A stretch of DNA of 64,000 nt from Eubacteriales bacterium (GTDB lineage Bacteria; Bacillota; Clostridia; Oscillospirales; JAAYXM01), in contig JAZQDV010000010.1 of NCBI GenBank assembly GCA_045546975.1, forward strand, positions 128,098-192,097, read 5' to 3'. This document shows positions 1 to 8,933 of the stretch, piece after piece. A program made the translations under genes and the position numbers. Each line of letters opens with the position of its first letter. The stretch's first letter is position 1. The notes under the pieces were generated by a model. That model saw only the letters and a list, made by a program, of their open reading frames with translations, was not told where the DNA came from and made no database searches.

Positions 1-431
1 TTGCGAAGAACAAGGCCTACAATGTCAGTACCTGCCGTGCTTCCGTTTTTGATAAATACCAGCCCGAGCCCGACACCCGTTCCGAAGCCGCCGAAGATTG
101 CGCACAGGAGCGGATCGGTCGAAAGTGCAGGAAGAGTTTCGGTAAACTGCATACTGAGTGAAAGGAAAATAGATGAAAATACGGTTTTTGCCATAAACAC
201 ACCGCCGATTTTCCAAAGGCCGAGTGCGAGGAACGGAATGTTTACGAGAAATGTAAGAAGACCCATTGAAAGATTCGGAAAATAGTAGTTTATAATCATG
301 GATATACCTGTTATCCCGCCGACCGCGATCTGAGCGTCTCTCATAAAGAGGCTGTAGGACGCTGCAAAAAGAAAAGAACCCAGCGCGATAACAAAGTAAT
401 CACCAAAGAATTTTTTGAAATTTATTTTCAT
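1..431 (-). CDS. YitT-family integral membrane protein, N-terminal part (gene continues beyond left edge)
   Basis: Not in the ORF track because there is no stop in the window. Manual minus-strand translation from the ATG (complement of 429-431) gives MKINFKKFFGDYFVIALGSFLFAASYSLFMRDAQIAVGGITGISMIINYYFPNLSMGLLTFLVNIPFLALGLWKIGG... and stays open to position 1. The multi-TM profile resembles YitT/DUF161. Confidence 0.55.
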   Translation of the reverse strand, partial: MKINFKKFFGDYFVIALGSFLFAASYSLFMRDAQIAVGGITGISMIINYYFPNLSMGLLTFLVNIPFLALGLWKIGGVFMAKTVFSSIFLSLSMQFTETLPALSTDPLLCAIFGGFGTGVGLGLVFIKNGSTAGTDIVGLVLR

Positions 432-437
432 TTTTTC

Positions 438-467
438 TTGTCACTCCCGTGAAAATTGTGGTATACT
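438..467 (+). promoter_or_regulatory. sigmaA-type promoter for the mgtE leader
   Basis: TTGTCA (438-443), 18-nt spacer, TATACT (462-467) preceded by TG. Confidence 0.4.
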
Positions 468-527
468 ATATACTATCACGAAATTCGCGGAATATCAAGA
501 GAATTAAAGTTGGTATTTTGGCATATT

Positions 528-655
528 AACGAGTTAAAGGAAGGTGAGAATAATGGACGCTGGCGGTAGTAGAAGCACATCAAAAAGTCGAAGTAGATGC
601 GCCGTTTCGGCGTTCGTTGTTGTTGCCATACAATAAAAGCAACAAGCTTCGCTTC
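528..655 (+). promoter_or_regulatory. M-box (ykoK-type Mg2+) riboswitch-like leader
   Basis: A leader of about 240 nt precedes mgtE. Segments GUUAAAGGAAGGUGAGAAU, GGACGCUGGCGG, AAAAAGUCGAAGUAGAUGCGCC and UGCCAUACAAUAAAAGCAACAAGC resemble the B. subtilis M-box blocks GUUAGGUGAGGCU, ACGCUGCUGCC, AAAAAUGUCCAAAGACGC and UGCCAUACAGUGCUAAAGCUCUACG. Not verified with a covariance model. Confidence 0.5.
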
Positions 656-704
656 TTGTATTGTGCCTTTGCTTCCTGAAACAAAGAAAAGGAGGAAAGG
701 AAAT

Positions 705-2054
705 ATGGAAGAAAATTTTGCAAAAATCGAAGATATGATTTTCGAGCTTATTGAGGAGCGCAAGTATTCTAAGCTCAGAGAGTTTTTTGAGACTATGGAA
801 GCTGCAGATATCGCGCTTCTTCTCGATGATATTCCAAAGGAAAAACTGTCAATAGTATTCAGGCTTATGTCAAAGGAGCTTGCGGCAGAGACCTTTGTTG
901 AGATGGAGCCTGACCTTCAGGAGCTTCTTATCCGCAGCTTTTCCGATACCGAGCTTAAAGCGGTTGTCGACGAGCTTTACGTCGATGACGCGGTCGATAT
1001 TATTGAGGAAATGCCCGCAAACGTGGTCCGCAGGATCCTCGCTCAGGCTGATCCCGATATGCGAAAAACAATAAACGAAATTCTCAAGTACCCCGAGGAC
1101 AGTGCGGGAAGCATTATGACCACAGAGTATATGTGCTTCAAACCTGATATAACGGTTGCCGTGGCTATCAAGAGCCTTCGCAGCTCGGGACTTGATAAGG
1201 AAACAATTTATACATGCTATGTAACTGAAAGAGACAGAAAACTTATCGGTCTTATTTCGGTCAAAGAGCTTCTTCTTGCAAACGATGATGAAAGCATCCG
1301 GGATATAATGGAAGAAAACGTTATATCCGTAAACACGCTTGACGATAAGGAAGATGTTGCGAATAAGCTTGCACACTATAACTTTCTTGCGCTTCCCGTT
1401 GTCGACCGTGAGAACAGACTTATCGGTATAGTAACTGTTGACGATGCTATCGACGTCATCCGTGAAGAGGCGACAGAGGATATTGAAAAGATGGCGGCTA
1501 TCATCCCGTCGGATAAGCCGTATCTCAAGTCAAGTGTCTTTGAGCTTTTCCGCGCACGTATGCCGTGGTTGCTTCTTCTTATGTTGTCCTCAACCTTTAC
1601 GGGTATGATAATAACGGGGTTTGAGTCAGCGCTTGCCACCACAGCGGTGCTCGCGGCATATATCCCGATGCTTATGGGAACAGGCGGTAACTCCGGAAGC
1701 CAGTCCTCTGTTGCGGTAATACGAAGTCTCTCGCTTGACGAGATTGACTTTAGTGACATCTTCCGTATTCAGTGGAAGGAAGTCCGTGTTTCCTTACTTT
1801 GCGGAATAACACTTGCACTCGCGAGTTTTGTGAAGCTTATAATTATCGACCGTATAGATGTTCTTGTGTCACTTGTCGTTTCAATAGCACTTGCACTTAC
1901 TGTAGTATGTGCAAAGTTTGTCGGATGTTCACTTCCGATTATTTCAAAGAAGATCGGTTTTGACCCTGCGGTTATGGCAAGTCCGTTCATCACAACTATT
2001 GTCGACGCGATATCGCTTCTCATTTACTTTTTGGTCGCATCAGCAATTCTGTAA
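705..2054 (+). CDS. mgtE: magnesium transporter MgtE
   Basis: ORF 597..2054 with the start moved to ATG 705, behind AGGAGGA (690-696). It has an MgtE N-domain, a tandem CBS region and a TM domain with MLMGTGGNSGSQSS. Confidence 0.9.
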   Translation: MEENFAKIEDMIFELIEERKYSKLREFFETMEAADIALLLDDIPKEKLSIVFRLMSKELAAETFVEMEPDLQELLIRSFSDTELKAVVDELYVDDAVDIIEEMPANVVRRILAQADPDMRKTINEILKYPEDSAGSIMTTEYMCFKPDITVAVAIKSLRSSGLDKETIYTCYVTERDRKLIGLISVKELLLANDDESIRDIMEENVISVNTLDDKEDVANKLAHYNFLALPVVDRENRLIGIVTVDDAIDVIREEATEDIEKMAAIIPSDKPYLKSSVFELFRARMPWLLLLMLSSTFTGMIITGFESALATTAVLAAYIPMLMGTGGNSGSQSSVAVIRSLSLDEIDFSDIFRIQWKEVRVSLLCGITLALASFVKLIIIDRIDVLVSLVVSIALALTVVCAKFVGCSLPIISKKIGFDPAVMASPFITTIVDAISLLIYFLVASAIL

Positions 2055-2061
2055 AAGACAA

Positions 2062-2096
2062 AATCTCCTGCAATTTTCATTGCAGGAGATTTTTTA
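2062..2096. terminator. bidirectional intrinsic terminator (mgtE / dpaB)
   Basis: AATCTCCTGCAAT-TTTC-ATTGCAGGAGATT followed by TTTTT. Confidence 0.7.
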
Positions 2097-2666
2097 TATA
2101 ATACGTGGTTCAATCTGGGTGTTTGCAAGTGCGAAGTTGAGTGTTTCTTCGATTTTTGTCATATCAGCGACGAGTGAGTTTGGCTTCCCAAAACAGTCGT
2201 CCTGACCGTAGGGCACAAAATATATATTCTTTATTGCAGAAAGAGTACCGATGTTTTTCATATTGATACCAAGTCCGTCATTTGTCGAAACTGCAATAAT
2301 AAGCGGTCTGGCATTTCTAAGATGTGCTTTAGCAGCCATCGTGACGGAGGTGTCGCAAATACCGTTTGCGAGCTTTGCGGTGGTGTTTCCCGTACACGGT
2401 GCAATTATAAGTGCATCAAGAAGCTTTTTCGGACCAATGGGCTCAGCATCAAAGATGGTACTGATAATTTTTTTATTACAGATACTTTCAATTCTTTTTA
2501 TGAAATCCTCCGCTTTCCCGAAACGGGTGTCTGTGGTATAGGCCATATGCGACATTATAGGGAAAACGTCGTATCCTTTTTCTGTAAGCTTTTCTATTTC
2601 GGGCAGGACTTTGGAAAATGTACAGAACGAGCCGCACAGAGCAAAGCCTACCGCTTTGTTTTCCAC
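2094..2666 (-). CDS. dpaB: dipicolinate synthase subunit B
   Basis: 190 aa, flavoprotein-like, N-terminal GFALCGSFCTF motif. It lies 3 nt downstream of dpaA. Confidence 0.85.
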   Translation of the reverse strand: MENKAVGFALCGSFCTFSKVLPEIEKLTEKGYDVFPIMSHMAYTTDTRFGKAEDFIKRIESICNKKIISTIFDAEPIGPKKLLDALIIAPCTGNTTAKLANGICDTSVTMAAKAHLRNARPLIIAVSTNDGLGINMKNIGTLSAIKNIYFVPYGQDDCFGKPNSLVADMTKIEETLNFALANTQIEPRII

Positions 2667-2669
2667 TTT

Positions 2670-3557
2670 TCAGTTCCCCCATTCAATGAGAATGTTATAG
2701 ATAGTACGGCGCTCGGCTTCCGCCGCAAAGAGCGGTGCAACCTTTCCCGGAAGTGAGAGCGCGTGGACGGTGGAAATCTTCTTTTCTCTGGCAAAGTCAA
2801 AGTCGACTCCGCCGGGCTTTGACGCAAGGTCGCAGATAAAAACCCCCTGTTTCGCTTTTTTTAGTATCGAGGCGTCGAAAATGAGAGAGGGGATGGTGTT
2901 GAAGATAATGTCGTATCCGGAGACGGTATCAGAAATTTCTGCAGTTTTTATGGGAGTATAGCCGTATGCGGAAATCCAGGCAAGGTCACGCGAGGAGCGT
3001 GCGCTCACGGTGACATTTGCACCGAGTGCCCGAAGCTTGAATGCAAGTATTTTTCCGATATGTCCAAAACCCGCCACAAGACAATTCTTGCCACTTATAA
3101 TGCTCTCCGTTTCATGCATTGCAACCTCTATTGCACCCTCTGCAGTCGGAATTGAGTTGAGCGTTGTGAAGTCTTCACGCTCAAGGTAGTCATAGAGACG
3201 AATTCCGCTCCTTCCTGCCTTTTCAAAAAACGAGTTTGAGACCTTTCCGGCGATAACGGTCTGTCCCGTCGGGAAAAGAGAAAAAAGCTCGTCTATTGTG
3301 TGGCTTTGTGAGGATAGAGGTGCGTTTAAGTGTATGTTATCACAAGTTATGGGGAGGGGAAGCAAAACACAGTCAAACCTTTCTTTTAGAGAGGAAAGAT
3401 TGCTTTTTTTGATTATACCGTCTTGCATCGGCGCATTTTCAAGAGAGAAGGCATATACTTCGTGACCGTCGCGTATAAGAAGCTCGGCAAGCTTCACCTC
3501 ACGCATATCGCCTCCGACAAGTGCAAACTTAAAAGTTTTATCCACAGAAAATCCCAA
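2670..3557 (-). CDS. dpaA: dipicolinate synthase subunit A
   Basis: 295 aa with a Rossmann motif VAGFGHIGK and the dpaA-dpaB gene order. The exact start codon is uncertain (TTG/GTG candidates). Confidence 0.85.
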   Translation of the reverse strand: MGFSVDKTFKFALVGGDMREVKLAELLIRDGHEVYAFSLENAPMQDGIIKKSNLSSLKERFDCVLLPLPITCDNIHLNAPLSSQSHTIDELFSLFPTGQTVIAGKVSNSFFEKAGRSGIRLYDYLEREDFTTLNSIPTAEGAIEVAMHETESIISGKNCLVAGFGHIGKILAFKLRALGANVTVSARSSRDLAWISAYGYTPIKTAEISDTVSGYDIIFNTIPSLIFDASILKKAKQGVFICDLASKPGGVDFDFAREKKISTVHALSLPGKVAPLFAAEAERRTIYNILIEWGN

Positions 3558-3618
3558 CCTTTCAGAAAAGAGAATTCTTACGTCCTGTTACAGTATATTG
3601 AAAGGCAGGGAAAAAGGT

Positions 3619-3651
3619 GAAAAAAACAGCAGTCGTATTGACTGCTGTTTT
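3619..3651 (-). terminator. intrinsic terminator after uppP
   Basis: Minus strand: AACAGCAGT-loop-ACTGCTGTT followed by a T-run. Confidence 0.6.
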
Positions 3652-3653
3652 AA

Positions 3654-4463
3654 TTATTTGAGTATGAAGAAATATAGGAGAACTGCCATACCGAGAAGTA
3701 TGCGGTAGACGCCGAATGCCTTGAAGTCGTGACGGCGGATATAGCTTAAAAGGAACTTTACTGCAAGGAGTGATACGACGTATGCCGTTACCATTGCGAC
3801 AAGGAGAAGCATCCACTCGTTTCCGGTCATAACATAGTCGTTCGTAACAATTTTTAAGAAGCTTACTCCGAACATAACGGGGATTGCAAGGAAGAAGGAA
3901 AACTCCGATGCAACCTCGCGCGAGGTTCCGAGCAAAATTGCGCCGAGGATTGTTGCGCCTGATCTTGATGTGCCGGGGATGATTGAGAGCACCTGGAAAA
4001 GACCTATCAAAAGAGCGGTTTTGTATGTCATATCGTTCATGCTGGATATTTTTACGGTTTTGTTCTTTTTCTCTGCAAGGATGAAAGCAACACCGTAAAT
4101 GATAAGCATAATGCTTACTACAACGGGGGTTGATATGGCGTCCATTGCGTCATTGAAGAGAAGACCGAGCACTGCTGCAGGGACGCAGGCAACGATTACC
4201 TTAAACCACATCTGCCAGGTGTCGCGCTTTTCCGCAGCACTCTTTGAGGGTGCGAACGGATTGAGCTTTTTGAAATAAAGCGTTGCTATTGCAAGGATTG
4301 CACCGAGCTGAATTACATAGAGGAAAAGCTGTGAAGCAAAAAAGCTTTCCATGTCTATTCCCATAAATTCGTTTGCGAGAATCATGTGTCCCGTACTGCT
4401 TATGGGCAGCCACTCCGTGATACCCTCAACAATACCGATGATTACTGATTTTAAGATGTCCAA
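3654..4463 (-). CDS. uppP: undecaprenyl-diphosphate phosphatase
   Basis: N-terminal VEGITEWLPISSTGH motif, polytopic membrane protein, 269 aa. Confidence 0.9.
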   Translation of the reverse strand: MDILKSVIIGIVEGITEWLPISSTGHMILANEFMGIDMESFFASQLFLYVIQLGAILAIATLYFKKLNPFAPSKSAAEKRDTWQMWFKVIVACVPAAVLGLLFNDAMDAISTPVVVSIMLIIYGVAFILAEKKNKTVKISSMNDMTYKTALLIGLFQVLSIIPGTSRSGATILGAILLGTSREVASEFSFFLAIPVMFGVSFLKIVTNDYVMTGNEWMLLLVAMVTAYVVSLLAVKFLLSYIRRHDFKAFGVYRILLGMAVLLYFFILK

Positions 4464-4497
4464 GAAAAATCAACTCCTATAATGTAATATATTCGAC

Positions 4498-5037
4498 TTA
4501 CCGTCTGTGAAGACGTGCTGTGATTTGTTCAAAGGATTTAAGAACAAGCCAGAGCAGAATAATTTCAATCGGCAGGAGAACAAGGTTCTTTGTTATCTGA
4601 CCGAGAAGAATAACTTTATATGCTTTCCCATAGAGAACGGAAATCCAGAGCGTGTTCAGCGATATGTTTACAAGTATATTCACCAGTGCTTTTGAAAGGG
4701 CAACTCTCCAGAGCTTGACGGGACGCATATAAAGGAAATATGCGAAGATAATAACCGTGAGCACCTTTGAAAGCGCAAAGCCGGGGAAGTACGGTCCCAT
4801 CGGTTTTATGAGAAAGCCGATAACATCACACGCAATTGCCGCAATGGAAGCGGGGAAGAATCCAAGTCGATAGCTTAAAAGAGCAAGGGCAATAAAGGAT
4901 ATTGCGAGTTTGTTCTGCGGTGTGATGTAGATTGAAAACGAGTCAATCACGATATAGAGTGCAACGAGCACTCCGCACATAATTATTGATGAGAGGTCTG
5001 ACAGCTCGGAAAGGGAAGCTTTAATACGGTTTTGCAT
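4498..5037 (-). CDS. folT: folate-family ECF transporter S component
   Basis: ORF 4498..5262 with the start moved to ATG 5037 (SD AAGGAGG 7 nt upstream). It is about 180 aa with 5-6 TM segments and is preceded by a THF riboswitch. Confidence 0.75.
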   Translation of the reverse strand: MQNRIKASLSELSDLSSIIMCGVLVALYIVIDSFSIYITPQNKLAISFIALALLSYRLGFFPASIAAIACDVIGFLIKPMGPYFPGFALSKVLTVIIFAYFLYMRPVKLWRVALSKALVNILVNISLNTLWISVLYGKAYKVILLGQITKNLVLLPIEIILLWLVLKSFEQITARLHRR

Positions 5038-5100
5038 AAAAATAGTCCTCCTTTGTGAAATTTTGAGATAACAAAACCTGACACAAAGAGGACAGCCATT

Positions 5101-5203
5101 CGCAGCGGGATGCGAAAAAACCACGGCAACGCATTTTGCGTTTTCGTCCCTGCGACAACTCCCCGTTCGCAAGGCACTTAACCCGATTTTTTCTACTCTG
5201 CCT
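5101..5203 (-). promoter_or_regulatory. THF (tetrahydrofolate) riboswitch
   Basis: Minus strand GCAGAGUAGAAAAAAUCGGGUUAAGUGCCUUGCGAACGGGGAGUUGUCGCAGGGACGAAAACGC...UCGCAUCCCGCUGCG matches the conserved THF blocks AGAGUAG / CGxGUUAAGUG / GAAxGGGAxGUxG / ACGAA / GCAUCCGCU. Downstream, GTCCTCTTTGTG can pair with CACAAAGGAGGAC, which contains the folT SD, suggesting translational control. Confidence 0.8.
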
Positions 5204-5218
5204 GTTTGTGATAAGAAT

Positions 5219-5247
5219 ATTATACCATAACGGTAAAGTGAATGCAA
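5219..5247 (-). promoter_or_regulatory. sigmaA promoter of the folT leader
   Basis: Minus strand TTGCAT-N17-TATAAT. Confidence 0.6.
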
Positions 5248-5289
5248 TATAAAAGGAGTCACTCGATAAAAACGAGTGACTCCGAAGTA

Positions 5290-5718
5290 TTACTGCTTGT
5301 CCTTTAAGAGATCGCGGATTTCTGTAAGGAGCTTCTCCTCTGCGGAGGGCTCGGGGATCGGAGCGGGAGCTTCGGGCTCGGCTTCCTTTTTTCTGCGGAG
5401 TGCGTTTATCATCTTGACAACGACGAACAGGCAGAACGCAATGATTATAAAGCTTATGATGTTGTTTATAAACTTGCCGTACCAGATTGCACTGTCTATA
5501 ACAGTTGTTCCGTCCTCTGCAACGGTTTCGGAAAGTGCAACAGCGTAGCTTGAAAAATCAAGGCCGCCGAGGAGCCATCCGACGACAGGCATAATGATGT
5601 CATTTACGAGGGAGTCTACGATTGCCTTGAACGCACCGCCGACTACAACACCTATTGCCATATCGATTACATTTCCGCGCGAGATGAATTCTTTGAATTC
5701 TCCGATGAATTTTTTCAT
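5290..5718 (-). CDS. mscL: large-conductance mechanosensitive channel
   Basis: FKEFISRGNVIDMAIGVVVGGAF N-terminus, 142 aa. Confidence 0.9.
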   Translation of the reverse strand: MKKFIGEFKEFISRGNVIDMAIGVVVGGAFKAIVDSLVNDIIMPVVGWLLGGLDFSSYAVALSETVAEDGTTVIDSAIWYGKFINNIISFIIIAFCLFVVVKMINALRRKKEAEPEAPAPIPEPSAEEKLLTEIRDLLKDKQ

Positions 5719-5745
5719 GTCTTTACCCCTTTTATTTATTTTTAT

Positions 5746-6327
5746 TTAGTCACGAAAAATAACAACGCTTTCAATAACGCCGTTCTTCGTGTTGACCATG
5801 AAGTTTGAGCCGTCCTCATTATACCAGCAATAAATGTTTCTTGTGCTGAGCGGACCTGACGGGTCAAAGTGGCAGGAAAGCTCGAGCGGGACAGTTCCCA
5901 TTATCTCGATTGCCTTATCGATGGTTACATCTTCTTTTATAAGTGACGTTTTATCGTCGAAAAATCTTCCCGAGAAGGGAATAAGATTATTTTTAGTGTT
6001 AAAGTAAAGAGTTTTTATCAGTACGAGATCATTTTCGTCAAAGCTCAGCGAAACACCTGCGGATTTGGTTTCATTGTGATATGTAATATACTTAAGCTCC
6101 CCGTAATCGTCATAAGAGGGGGTGCCTTCGCCGAAAAGTGCTTCGACGTCTGCCTTTGGCATATCTCTTTCTATGGCGTCGTAAAGGGAATAGAGCTCCT
6201 CTTTTGTTTCAGGTGCGGGGAGTGTTTCGTCCGGGGTATCGTTTACGTTTTCGTATGCTGTTTCCGTACAGGAAAAAAGAGTAAAGAGCAAAAGCGCTGC
6301 AAGAAGTATTGAGAGAGTCTTTTTCAT
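5746..6327 (-). CDS. hypothetical lipoprotein
   Basis: Signal peptide with a lipobox (LFTLFSC). No recognisable family. Confidence 0.6.
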   Translation of the reverse strand: MKKTLSILLAALLLFTLFSCTETAYENVNDTPDETLPAPETKEELYSLYDAIERDMPKADVEALFGEGTPSYDDYGELKYITYHNETKSAGVSLSFDENDLVLIKTLYFNTKNNLIPFSGRFFDDKTSLIKEDVTIDKAIEIMGTVPLELSCHFDPSGPLSTRNIYCWYNEDGSNFMVNTKNGVIESVVIFRD

Positions 6328-6427
6328 AGTTTTCTCCTTGTTTTAAGAGGTTAAAATTTATTTCCACAAAATACCGCGAAAAAATGCAAAACTTAGGGCA
6401 TAATATCATTGAAGGGAATGTGATGTT

Positions 6428-6601
6428 ATGACGATGAGTCCTTTCTGGAAGGGCATGACTGCAGGAGTTATTGTCGGAAGCACAATTGCGATTTCCGTAA
6501 TGCCGAAGAAAGAAGCCAAATGCAAGTGCATAAAGCACAAAACGGGGAAAATCTTAAAAAGTGCGGGAAACGTGATAGAGAATCTGCAGTCGTTTATGTA
6601 G
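6428..6601 (+). CDS. hypothetical small membrane protein (57 aa)
   Basis: Below the ORF-track cutoff. Sequence MTMSPFWKGMTAGVIVGSTIAISVMPKKEAKCKCIKHKTGKILKSAGNVIENLQSFM has one TM segment, and a hairpin follows directly. No clear SD. Confidence 0.3.
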   Translation: MTMSPFWKGMTAGVIVGSTIAISVMPKKEAKCKCIKHKTGKILKSAGNVIENLQSFM

Positions 6602-6620
6602 GACGGGAAATCTCCCGTCC
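6601..6620. terminator. hairpin between convergent genes
   Basis: GGACGGGA-AATC-TCCCGTCC. Confidence 0.45.
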
Positions 6621-6621
6621 G

Positions 6622-8115
6622 CTACATAGGAATGTAGCCGAGGAACTTGTCCTCAAAACCAGAGGCATCCGAAAGCTCTATGTGAGTACATATATCTTTG
6701 ATTTTTGTGATTGCGCTCTCGTGCCGTTTTGAAAGAAGCGCAAGTGTTGCACCCTTAAGTGAAGTATTGCCGCAGGGGGTGCATTTGAGAAGAAAAGAGG
6801 CGGGGATAAGACCTATCCGCACCGCATTTTCGATTTTGATGTTTGTGCCAAAAGCGCCTGCAAGGAAAACCGAGCCGACTTCATGCTCATCCGTGCCGCT
6901 TTTTTCAAGAAGTGTGTGAAGTGCCGCGCGTATGGCTGCCTTTGCGAGCTGGAGCTTTCGGACATCGGAAGCCGAGAGGTAAACATTATCGGAAATGTTA
7001 AACCGCACCTCGCCGTTTACTACCGTAAGCTTTGATGGTGGTAGTGGCGATTCGTCGGGAGGCAAAAGTCTACCGCTTGGGTCAACTGCGCCAACACTCA
7101 GAAGATACGCGAGAATATCAATTGCACCGCTGCCTGATATCCCGCAGGGCTTTTTCTTTCCTACTGTCGAAAACCGCTTTCCGTCAAAGCTGCATACCGA
7201 GCAGGGGGATGCCTGCATACCGCACGAGAGCTCTGCACCCTCGAAAGCGGGGCCGGCTGCTGCAGAGGCAACGTATATTTTGCCGTTCTTTGAAAGCGCT
7301 ATTTCTCCGTTTGTTCCAATATCGATGAGAAGGGAAGGCACTTTACACTTTTTTAGGTTTGTTGTGTATATTCCCGAGGCGATATCTCCGCCGACAAATG
7401 CACCGAGACACGGAGCAATATAGACGGAGGCATTCTTGCAGTTTATTCCAAGCTCCGTTGCCGAGAAGGTTTTGCCGAAGCTGTCCGCAACGGAAAAAGG
7501 GAAAGAGGAAAGCGTATCCGTCGGGAGATTTTTTATATAGTGCGACATAACCGTGTTTGCGGATATGGAAATCTTTGATATCTTTGATTTCTTCGGGCAA
7601 AGCGTGGTTATCATCGAGTTGAGCTGTGCTATAAGAATTTCAGAAAGCTTTCTGCTGTCATTTGAAAGACGCGACATAATATCAGCGCCGTAGGGGGATT
7701 GCGCATTTCTTTCCGAAATCGAAGAAAGCTTTTCACCTGTTTTCATATCGAAAAGCTCAGCGCATATTCCTGTTGTGCCGACATCAATCGCGACGCCGAG
7801 GCTTTCACCGTCAAACGAGGATTTGTATACTCTTTTGAGTGACGGTTTTTTTAGAGAAATGTCAAGGTACACGGAGCAGTCACCATCCGGGAATGCACGG
7901 CAGGCGAGAAGCTCGGTCTTTTTTTGAACTTCGCCGTACGGACTGCGGAAAGTACCACGTGCGAAAATCTTACATTTGCCGCAGGTAGCGTTTCCGCCGC
8001 AGTCTGCATTTATCTGCAACCCGACAGAGGAAAGCGCAGAAAGAAGACTCTCGCCTTCTTTTGAATAGATAACGTCAGAGCTGTTCCTTGTGTGTAGCGT
8101 GATTTTGTAGTTCAT
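6622..8115 (-). CDS. 2Fe-2S ferredoxin / ASKHA-ATPase fusion (RACo-like corrinoid reductive activase, DUF4445 type)
   Basis: N-terminal plant-type ferredoxin cysteines (CGGNATCGKCKI ... LACRAF). The remainder is ASKHA-like (AIDVGTTG, LIDIGTNGE). Start set to ATG 8115, behind GGTGAG and an extended -10 TGTTATAAT. Confidence 0.7.
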   Translation of the reverse strand: MNYKITLHTRNSSDVIYSKEGESLLSALSSVGLQINADCGGNATCGKCKIFARGTFRSPYGEVQKKTELLACRAFPDGDCSVYLDISLKKPSLKRVYKSSFDGESLGVAIDVGTTGICAELFDMKTGEKLSSISERNAQSPYGADIMSRLSNDSRKLSEILIAQLNSMITTLCPKKSKISKISISANTVMSHYIKNLPTDTLSSFPFSVADSFGKTFSATELGINCKNASVYIAPCLGAFVGGDIASGIYTTNLKKCKVPSLLIDIGTNGEIALSKNGKIYVASAAAGPAFEGAELSCGMQASPCSVCSFDGKRFSTVGKKKPCGISGSGAIDILAYLLSVGAVDPSGRLLPPDESPLPPSKLTVVNGEVRFNISDNVYLSASDVRKLQLAKAAIRAALHTLLEKSGTDEHEVGSVFLAGAFGTNIKIENAVRIGLIPASFLLKCTPCGNTSLKGATLALLSKRHESAITKIKDICTHIELSDASGFEDKFLGYIPM

Positions 8116-8191
8116 TTCACTCACCAAATATATTATAACATATATAAAAGAAAATAGGTATGAAAATTTTTCAAAAAAAATAAAAAAACAC

Positions 8192-8220
8192 TTGATTTTA
8201 TGTTTTCGCTATGGTATTAT
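8192..8220 (+). promoter_or_regulatory. sigmaA promoter of tRNA-Arg
   Basis: TTGATT-N17-TATTAT. Confidence 0.5.
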
Positions 8221-8244
8221 ATTAAAGCTGTTTGACAGTAATAT

Positions 8245-8321
8245 GCGCTGTTAGCTCAGCTGGATAGAGCGTGTGGCTACGGACCACAAGGTCGGGGATT
8301 CGAATTCTCCACAGCGCGCCA
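8245..8321 (+). tRNA. tRNA-Arg (anticodon ACG)
   Basis: The cloverleaf folds by hand: acceptor GCGCUGU/ACAGCGC, anticodon stem UGUGG/CCACA with loop CUACGGA, T arm GGGGA-UUCGAAU-UCUCC, encoded CCA. Confidence 0.9.
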
Positions 8322-8322
8322 A

Positions 8323-8352
8323 CCGTCCTTCCTTACGGGAGGACGGTTTTTT
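8323..8352 (+). terminator. intrinsic terminator after tRNA-Arg
   Basis: CCGTCCTTCC-TTAC-GGGAGGACGG followed by TTTTTT. Confidence 0.65.
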
Positions 8353-8354
8353 AT

Positions 8355-8390
8355 TGAAAAAAATATGCCGTATTTCAAAATACGGCATAT
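8355..8390 (-). terminator. intrinsic terminator after pyrR
   Basis: Minus strand ATATGCCGTA-loop-TACGGCATAT followed by TTTTTTT. Confidence 0.6.
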
Positions 8391-8392
8391 TT

Positions 8393-8929
8393 CTATATAT
8401 CGTAGAGCACAACTCCTGTTTCGCCGTCGATTTCATCGAGCATAACGGAAACAAGCTCACTTTTTGAAGTGGGGATATTTTTGCCTACAAAATCGGGACG
8501 TATGGGAAGCTCACGGTGTCCGCGGTCGATGAGTACTGCAAGCTGTATTGACTTGGGTCTGCCGAAGCGGAAGACGGAGTCGATAGCAGCACGTGCGGTT
8601 CTTCCTGTGTAGATAACGTCGTCAACGATGATGATGTTGTAGTGGCTCACATCGCATGGAATTTCGCAGCCTTCGGTAGTAGGAAGAGGGTGAGATTCTG
8701 AGAGATCATCGCGATAGAGCGTTATGTCGGTGTGTCCCATAGGTACCGTGACACCCTCAAACTTCCGTATGTTGTCGCGCAGCATTTCGGCAAGCGGAAT
8801 ACCGCGTCTTTTAACACCGAGAAGGCAAATGCCCTCGGCACCTCTGTTTTTTTCAATTATCTCGTGCGTCATTCGTGCAACGGCACGGTGGACAGAAGCC
8901 TCGTCCATTATCTTGGCTTTGAGTTTCAT
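8393..8929 (-). CDS. pyrR: bifunctional pyr mRNA-binding attenuation protein / uracil phosphoribosyltransferase
   Basis: 178 aa with PRPP motif IIIVDDVIYTGRT and a typical PyrR N-terminus. Confidence 0.9.
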   Translation of the reverse strand: MKLKAKIMDEASVHRAVARMTHEIIEKNRGAEGICLLGVKRRGIPLAEMLRDNIRKFEGVTVPMGHTDITLYRDDLSESHPLPTTEGCEIPCDVSHYNIIIVDDVIYTGRTARAAIDSVFRFGRPKSIQLAVLIDRGHRELPIRPDFVGKNIPTSKSELVSVMLDEIDGETGVVLYDI

Positions 8930-8933
8930 ATCG

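Noticed and set aside
3558-3618. Sporulation sigma (SigK/SigG) promoter for dpaAB
   Set aside because: I could not find a convincing AC-N17-CATAnnnTA or SigG-type match by eye, so no promoter is called.
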